64,000 nucleotides of DNA, taken from the IMG/VR virus record IMGVR_UViG_3300037153_000606. One strand, written 5' to 3'. Source of the stretch: a virus. The notes below the pieces were generated by a model. It saw nothing but the letters and a program-made list of their open reading frames with translations. It was not told where the DNA came from and did not search any database. Positions within the stretch are counted from its first letter, which is position 1, and each line of letters begins with the position of its first letter. Shown here in pieces: positions 59,275 to 64,000 of this stretch. The position numbers and the translations under genes are program-made.

Positions 59275-59598
59275 ATGGCGCACACCCACCTGCTGACGCA
59301 GGTCGAGTTCTGGATCCCGCCGTTGCTGGAGGAGCTGGCACCGGGTGAGAAGGTGACCTGGCAGGCGAGCTTCCTGACGCTGCCCGACCCGTCCGTGGAG
59401 GGCGGCGGCTGGGTGCCGGTGGTCTGCCTGTACCTGGAGGTGCCGGTGACGGCGGAGAACTCGTTCTACGGCACCACCATGCTGCCGCCGTTCGCGCTCA
59501 CCCTGCCGCAGGTGCGCCAGGCGGTGGTGGAGACGCTGGAGCAGCTGGTCAAGCGCCGGGACGAATACCACGCCGCTAGCGGGGCCGACAAGACCTAG
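59275..59598 (+). CDS. Hypothetical protein
   Basis: 107 aa, GC3-biased codons. Confidence 0.7.
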   Translation: MAHTHLLTQVEFWIPPLLEELAPGEKVTWQASFLTLPDPSVEGGGWVPVVCLYLEVPVTAENSFYGTTMLPPFALTLPQVRQAVVETLEQLVKRRDEYHAASGADKT

Positions 59599-59599
59599 A

Positions 59600-60340
59600 T
59601 TCCGGGGCCGCGAGGGGGTTAGGTTCCCGGAACAGACAGAAGCCCCGAGTCGTAGCCTCGAAGCTGCGTGCCGTCGTCGCTACGGGCCCAGGGCCTCTAT
59701 CTGCCTTTACCAGCGATGGGAGCGTAGCTGATGTTGTGCACAGCGCACCAGTGATCGCCGAATAACGGCATTACGTCGTTATTGGCGAGCCCGACGCTAA
59801 CCAGCCGCCCGCATGGTCCGGGCTGGCATGACCGAAAACTGTCGGGGCCGGGATGAACTCCGGTTCGAACCCAGGTCGCACTGGACGGTTGCGTGCGCCC
59901 GGAAATGGGTGTCCGGGAGTTCTTGCACACCGAAGACCGACGATCCGACCCGGGCAAGCGTGCCGTCCGGGGCGAGTCGGGGTGAGACCCGGAGCGTGGC
60001 GGGACAGGGGAAGCCCGAACCCGGCCCGAGACGTCGGATGTGCAGGGACACCGCGACCAGGTAGCCGTGACGGCTGGAACACCCGGAGTCCGGTGCTGCC
60101 GAGACCGCACGGCCCCAGTTAGCGGCTGGGGCTGCCTGAACAAGGCCGAAGGCATCTGTCGTTAGCTGCCGCCGTAACCCCCTGCTGGAGGGGGTGGTGG
60201 TGTCTCGGCATCCTGATGCCACCGGTACGGGGTGTGGGATGCGTCGACAGCCTGATCCTGGGTGCGGGAGCAGGCAGCGGATGCCCTAGGGTCGGGAGGC
60301 AACGGTTGGACATCCAGCCACATGTCACCACCTACCGGGA
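59600..60340. ncRNA. Candidate large structured non-coding RNA
   Basis: No convincing ORF; several stems including a long-range 9-bp pair; T-loop-like GGTTCGAACCC. Confidence 0.35.
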
Positions 60341-60356
60341 CGGGAACGGACCTTAC

Positions 60357-60614
60357 GTGCCACTTGCCACCAACTTCCCGCGCCGCCAGGCACCCACCGG
60401 ATCCTTGCGTTGCCTGGCCTGCCTGTCCCGGCACCGGCTCACCCGGATCTGTCTCGGGCAGGGTGTCACCTGGATGTGTCCGACCTGCCTGCGGCTGGTG
60501 GACCACCTGGCCAGTGTCGAGGGGGTGGACCGGGACCGCGCGGTACGCCGCACGGTGCGGACCATGCGGGCGGCCTCGGCAGCGGAGACGATGCACCGCG
60601 CGGGCCGCCGTTGA
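60357..60614 (+). CDS. Small zinc-finger protein
   Basis: CLAC..CPTC; GTG 60357 preferred over ATG 60216. Confidence 0.55.
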   Translation: MPLATNFPRRQAPTGSLRCLACLSRHRLTRICLGQGVTWMCPTCLRLVDHLASVEGVDRDRAVRRTVRTMRAASAAETMHRAGRR

Positions 60615-60653
60615 TAGGTGCGGCACCGGGGAGGGTAGGCCGTGCCGGTAGTG

Positions 60654-60712
60654 GAAAGCCGCCGGTCCAGACGACTCAGGGGAGGGTCGTTGGGGGTGGA
60701 CCGGCGGCTTTC
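60654..60712. terminator. 16-bp inverted repeat
   Basis: GAAAGCCGCCGGTCCA / TGGACCGGCGGCTTTC between convergent genes. Confidence 0.6.
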
Positions 60713-60771
60713 TGCCTGCCCATCATGACGGACCGCCCGTAAGACGGGGGTAGTGCGTCATCTAGATGACA

Positions 60772-60807
60772 ACGAAGGCCCCGCCGGAAAAGTGACGGGG
60801 CCTTCGT
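60772..60807 (-). terminator. 12-bp inverted repeat after minus-strand gene
   Basis: ACGAAGGCCCCG / CGGGGCCTTCGT. Confidence 0.65.
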
Positions 60808-60824
60808 CGATCAGGTGGTGAATG

Positions 60825-61874
60825 TCAGCGCCGTCCGGTGGACGTGTAACAGGACGCGGTAGCTCGCGCTATCGCACCAGCCCCACCTGTGCTCGCGGCA
60901 TTGAGCACCAAGGGTCCGCCGTCCAGCGAGACGGTAACAGTACCCACCGTCCCCGCCGGGGTCGAGGCATATACCGGATCACGTGAGGTCTGCACGAACT
61001 GCACATTGATCCCGATGTCTCGTTGTTGCCCGAAGTCATCGGTCGCGAACTGCATCGTCAATGACCGACAGCTGCCTGGATTGTCGTGGTCAAAGATCAC
61101 GTTGTCGGTATATTTCGGCGCGGTCGAGGTATCCACGATATCTGTTGTGTTGAACAGCGAGTTGCCGACTTGGGTCGTCTGGGGATAACTGCCACGTTCC
61201 GAGAACATCGGTGTGAAGTTGATGGTGGCGTAGCTGTACACCGGCGTGCCCTTACCGACGGCGAGTGCCGAGGACCCCCGGTAGGCCACTAGCCGGTAGT
61301 ACATCCTGCCCATCGGGATCTTGGGAGCGGTGACCGTGCCGGACGAGTGATAAAGCCGCATCACCGAGTGGTAGGTCGAGCCGTAGGTGCGTTGCAGGGT
61401 CAGCGACCAGCCGGAGGGCAGGTTGTGCGCCGCGTAGCTGAAGGTGGCCCCGGTGGAGTTCGCGGTGACGTGGGTGTGTATCCCCTTGAGGCTGACGCTG
61501 ACCGCCGGGAGCACCCCGACGTAGGACGACCTGGTGCCGGTCACCCAGCGGTGGTGGTAGACCGCGAGCCGGTACCGGTAGGTGCCGGTGTAGTTCAGCT
61601 TCGGCGCGGTCACCGTTCCGGAGCGGCGGGTGCCCAGCGCGACCACGGTGACCCACTTCTTGCCGGAGAGCCGTTGCAGGTAGCCGTGCGACCCGGCCGG
61701 GACGTGGTGTTCGGCGAAGCTGAAGACCTCCGAGTGCCTGACGTTGATGTAGCGCTGGCTGGCGTGCAGGCTGGCGTGGGCGGCGGCGGCTTGGGCCGCC
61801 GGTGCGACTGCCAGACCCCCGGCCAGCAGCCCCGCGCCGGTGAGCGCGGCGACCAGTTTCCGATTGACGTGCAT
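60825..61874 (-). CDS. Secreted protein with signal peptide and tandem beta-sandwich domains
   Basis: MHVNRKLVAALTGAGLLAGGLAVAPAAQA; duplicated LQR..SGTVTAPK..YRL unit. Confidence 0.75.
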   Translation of the reverse strand: MHVNRKLVAALTGAGLLAGGLAVAPAAQAAAAHASLHASQRYINVRHSEVFSFAEHHVPAGSHGYLQRLSGKKWVTVVALGTRRSGTVTAPKLNYTGTYRYRLAVYHHRWVTGTRSSYVGVLPAVSVSLKGIHTHVTANSTGATFSYAAHNLPSGWSLTLQRTYGSTYHSVMRLYHSSGTVTAPKIPMGRMYYRLVAYRGSSALAVGKGTPVYSYATINFTPMFSERGSYPQTTQVGNSLFNTTDIVDTSTAPKYTDNVIFDHDNPGSCRSLTMQFATDDFGQQRDIGINVQFVQTSRDPVYASTPAGTVGTVTVSLDGGPLVLNAASTGGAGAIARATASCYTSTGRR

Positions 61875-61955
61875 GCGGTGTATCCCCCCGAAGACGTAAG
61901 AAGAAGCCCGGCTGATCCGGGCTTCCGTCTCGGGCAACATAGCTGGCGGTGAGGA

Positions 61956-62297
61956 TCATCGCCACTTCAACGGTTGCCCGCCCGCCTGGCGAACCCCGCC
62001 CGCCTTCTGGAACCGTTCGTGCACGGCGGACCGGGACATGCCCATCGCGTCGGCGATCTCCGCCCAGGAGTAGGCCCACCGGTCGGTACGCAGCTCGGTG
62101 ATCGCGGCCAACAGCTCGTCGTCGAGCTGGGCACGCAGTTCGGCCAGACCCTGCAGCGCGACCAGGTCGCCCTCCTCGGCAGTGCGCCTGCGCAGGCCCC
62201 TGACGACGCGCTGGACGAACCCGATGTACTCGGTGTTCTCCCGGCGGCGTTTCGTCGATCTGGTGTCCGGAGATCCGGACGTCATCGTGGCAGTCAT
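61956..62297 (-). CDS. Small HTH DNA-binding protein
   Basis: YSWAEIADAMGMSRSAVHERF; start uncertain (ORF open from 62381). Confidence 0.75.
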   Translation of the reverse strand: MTATMTSGSPDTRSTKRRRENTEYIGFVQRVVRGLRRRTAEEGDLVALQGLAELRAQLDDELLAAITELRTDRWAYSWAEIADAMGMSRSAVHERFQKAGGVRQAGGQPLKWR

Positions 62298-62515
62298 CTG
62301 GTAACGCTCCAAACGTAAGAGATGCCGGATGAGATAACCGGCGTTAGGACTACGGTACAACAACTCACGAATTGCCAGCAACCGTTACAACCGACTAATC
62401 TCCACCGGTTGCGGTCTCTCGATCGGTGTGCGTACGATCACACTTCATCCTGACCTGGTCAGTTGATTTTCCTGCCCTGGGTCGGAAACTACGTGAGATT
62501 ACGGGGACGTGACGT

Positions 62516-63367
62516 ATGACTAGAACATGGCAGGACAACGCGCACGAGTTCGGCGCGTTGACCAAGCAGGGCAAGGACTTCCGGCTCGCGTTGCTGGTCG
62601 CCTGCTCGGTCGAACGAGGACGGCCTGGACCGAAGGCGATAGACCCAAACGGGTCTATCTCCACCAAGGTCGACGCCAAGTCGTTCGCAGAGGTGGCGCT
62701 GGGCATCCGCAAGTCCGACCGTGTACTGCGTCACTTGGATGCCTGGAACAAGATGGCCGAGGCGTTGCCCGATCAGGTGCCTGTCGCCGACACCCTCACT
62801 CCCGTCGACGCCGAGACCTTCGGCGAAGTCAGTGAGGAGGTCCAAGACAAGTTCGCCGAAGTCTTCACGTCGATCACCGACGAGAAGCCGACTGGCGGAC
62901 GCCCACGCGACTCCAAGCCCGAGGATGCGGCGGCGATCATCGGCAAGCGCGGTGCCAAGGCCGTCCTGGACGAGATGTCCACCGACGAGTTCAACAAGCT
63001 GGCCGAGGCGGTTAGCAAGAAGCGTGCTGAGAACTTTGAGTCCGATTTCGCCAAGCAGCGCAAGCGCAAGCCCAAGCCGAAGGACAACGGCAACGACGGT
63101 GGTGCGGACAAAGACGAACTGGCCAAGCAGGCCACCCGACTCGCCTTGTTCGCCCAGACCGAACCCGGTCCGGGTTCGTTGTTGGAGATCAACTCAATTC
63201 TCGTCGGCCCTAAGCGGACCCATCTGGATGCCGAGATCTTCCAGTATTTAGGGGAATGGATCGACCGGATGCGGATGGGTCTCGACATGGTCGAACGCGC
63301 TCTCAAAAGCGCCACGACCGGCGAGGATCTGGCGGGCCAGATCGAAGACTTCCTCAGCGAGCAGTAG
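62516..63367 (+). CDS. Hypothetical protein
   Basis: 283 aa, charged and helical. Confidence 0.7.
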   Translation: MTRTWQDNAHEFGALTKQGKDFRLALLVACSVERGRPGPKAIDPNGSISTKVDAKSFAEVALGIRKSDRVLRHLDAWNKMAEALPDQVPVADTLTPVDAETFGEVSEEVQDKFAEVFTSITDEKPTGGRPRDSKPEDAAAIIGKRGAKAVLDEMSTDEFNKLAEAVSKKRAENFESDFAKQRKRKPKPKDNGNDGGADKDELAKQATRLALFAQTEPGPGSLLEINSILVGPKRTHLDAEIFQYLGEWIDRMRMGLDMVERALKSATTGEDLAGQIEDFLSEQ

Positions 63368-63412
63368 AGGGCGAGCTGGGGCAGAAATCTACCAAGAGGG
63401 AGGTGAACACAT

Positions 63413-63877
63413 ATGGGACGACGATTACAAGCAGCGTCAACCGTGGCCTTCCTCAAGCAACGCGGGGGAGCTAACTGGATAGATCTTGCCGCCGAGTTCG
63501 GTGTCACCCGGGCAGGGGTGAAGAACCGGATCAAGGCGGCCCGGATCTACCTGGTAGAACAAGGTGCGCGAGAGACGATCGCGAGACCGACCCGGGAGAA
63601 CGATTTCCTGTACATGGTGACCGGGCAGTTGTACGGCACCAGTTGGACAGAGCCCGGCATTACCCCGGGAGCCAGGGATGATCTCCAGGCGATTCGCGGG
63701 ATCTTGATCAGGATGCGCGATCAGATCGAGATCGGGTTGGACAACGAGGTCAACCGCAAGAGCGGCCAGTACCGCGAAGGCCAGAAGGTTGCCGCGTCGC
63801 TGACCTTGGTCATCGACGAGACTGACAAGAAGGAGAAGGTCATCAGGAAGTATCTCGCCCGCAGTATGGGCACCTGA
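63413..63877 (+). CDS. HTH-containing protein
   Basis: GGAGGT RBS; WIDLAAEFGVTRAGVKNRIKAAR. Confidence 0.7.
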   Translation: MGRRLQAASTVAFLKQRGGANWIDLAAEFGVTRAGVKNRIKAARIYLVEQGARETIARPTRENDFLYMVTGQLYGTSWTEPGITPGARDDLQAIRGILIRMRDQIEIGLDNEVNRKSGQYREGQKVAASLTLVIDETDKKEKVIRKYLARSMGT

Positions 63878-63936
63878 CCGAAGGCCGGGCAGGCGGCGTC
63901 CCGTCGCAAGTTCTGCCGCCTGCCTGGTCCTCGGTC
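63876..63936 (+). terminator. Long imperfect hairpin
   Basis: GACCGAAGGCCGGGCAGGCGGC / GCCGCCTGCCTGGTCCTCGGTC. Confidence 0.55.
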
Positions 63937-64000
63937 AGGACCTAAAGAGTATCAGGTTGAGATGACTCAGGATATGATTAGTCCTGTAATTGACAACCGC

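Noticed and set aside
59830-59900. tRNA gene around GGTTCGAACCC
   Set aside because: I could not build acceptor, D and anticodon arms; only a T-loop-like motif is present.

Overview
High-GC window from a large contractile-tailed (myovirus-like) phage, probably of Actinobacteria, with a Bxz1/cluster C/E3-like gene order. It holds head genes (protease-scaffold, decoration protein, major capsid), a GH19 endolysin and holin, an accessory island, then neck, sheath, tube, chaperones with a -1 frameshift site, tape measure, baseplate, tail fibres and an SNF2-type helicase. The main finding is a minus-strand operon at 15703-18452: a stand-alone Cas7/RAMP-like gene, a small accessory gene, a leader hairpin and a ~1.57 kb non-coding array. 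The array has ~29 units (hand-parsed), each made of GGY-NN pentamers and ended by a 4-nt GGCA step. Reading only the variable NN pairs as codon positions 1-2 gives recognisable protein motifs: EELGDVLWYAA (MazG), RDLFLCHAS (TIR-like), LIPVIDGGI (ThiF/E1-like) and KELDVHENTV (HTH). This points to gapped, wobble-blind guide RNAs. The layout matches my recollection of recently reported VIPR systems, which I cannot verify here. Two solo units lie outside the array; the one right after the helicase decodes to a non-self version of that helicase's motif V, beside an apparently recoded 3' end. Three free-standing homing-type endonucleases also sit next to recoded gene ends, and one supplies a recoded replacement N-terminus for the protease gene. 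All calls come from motif recognition by eye; no database search was run.
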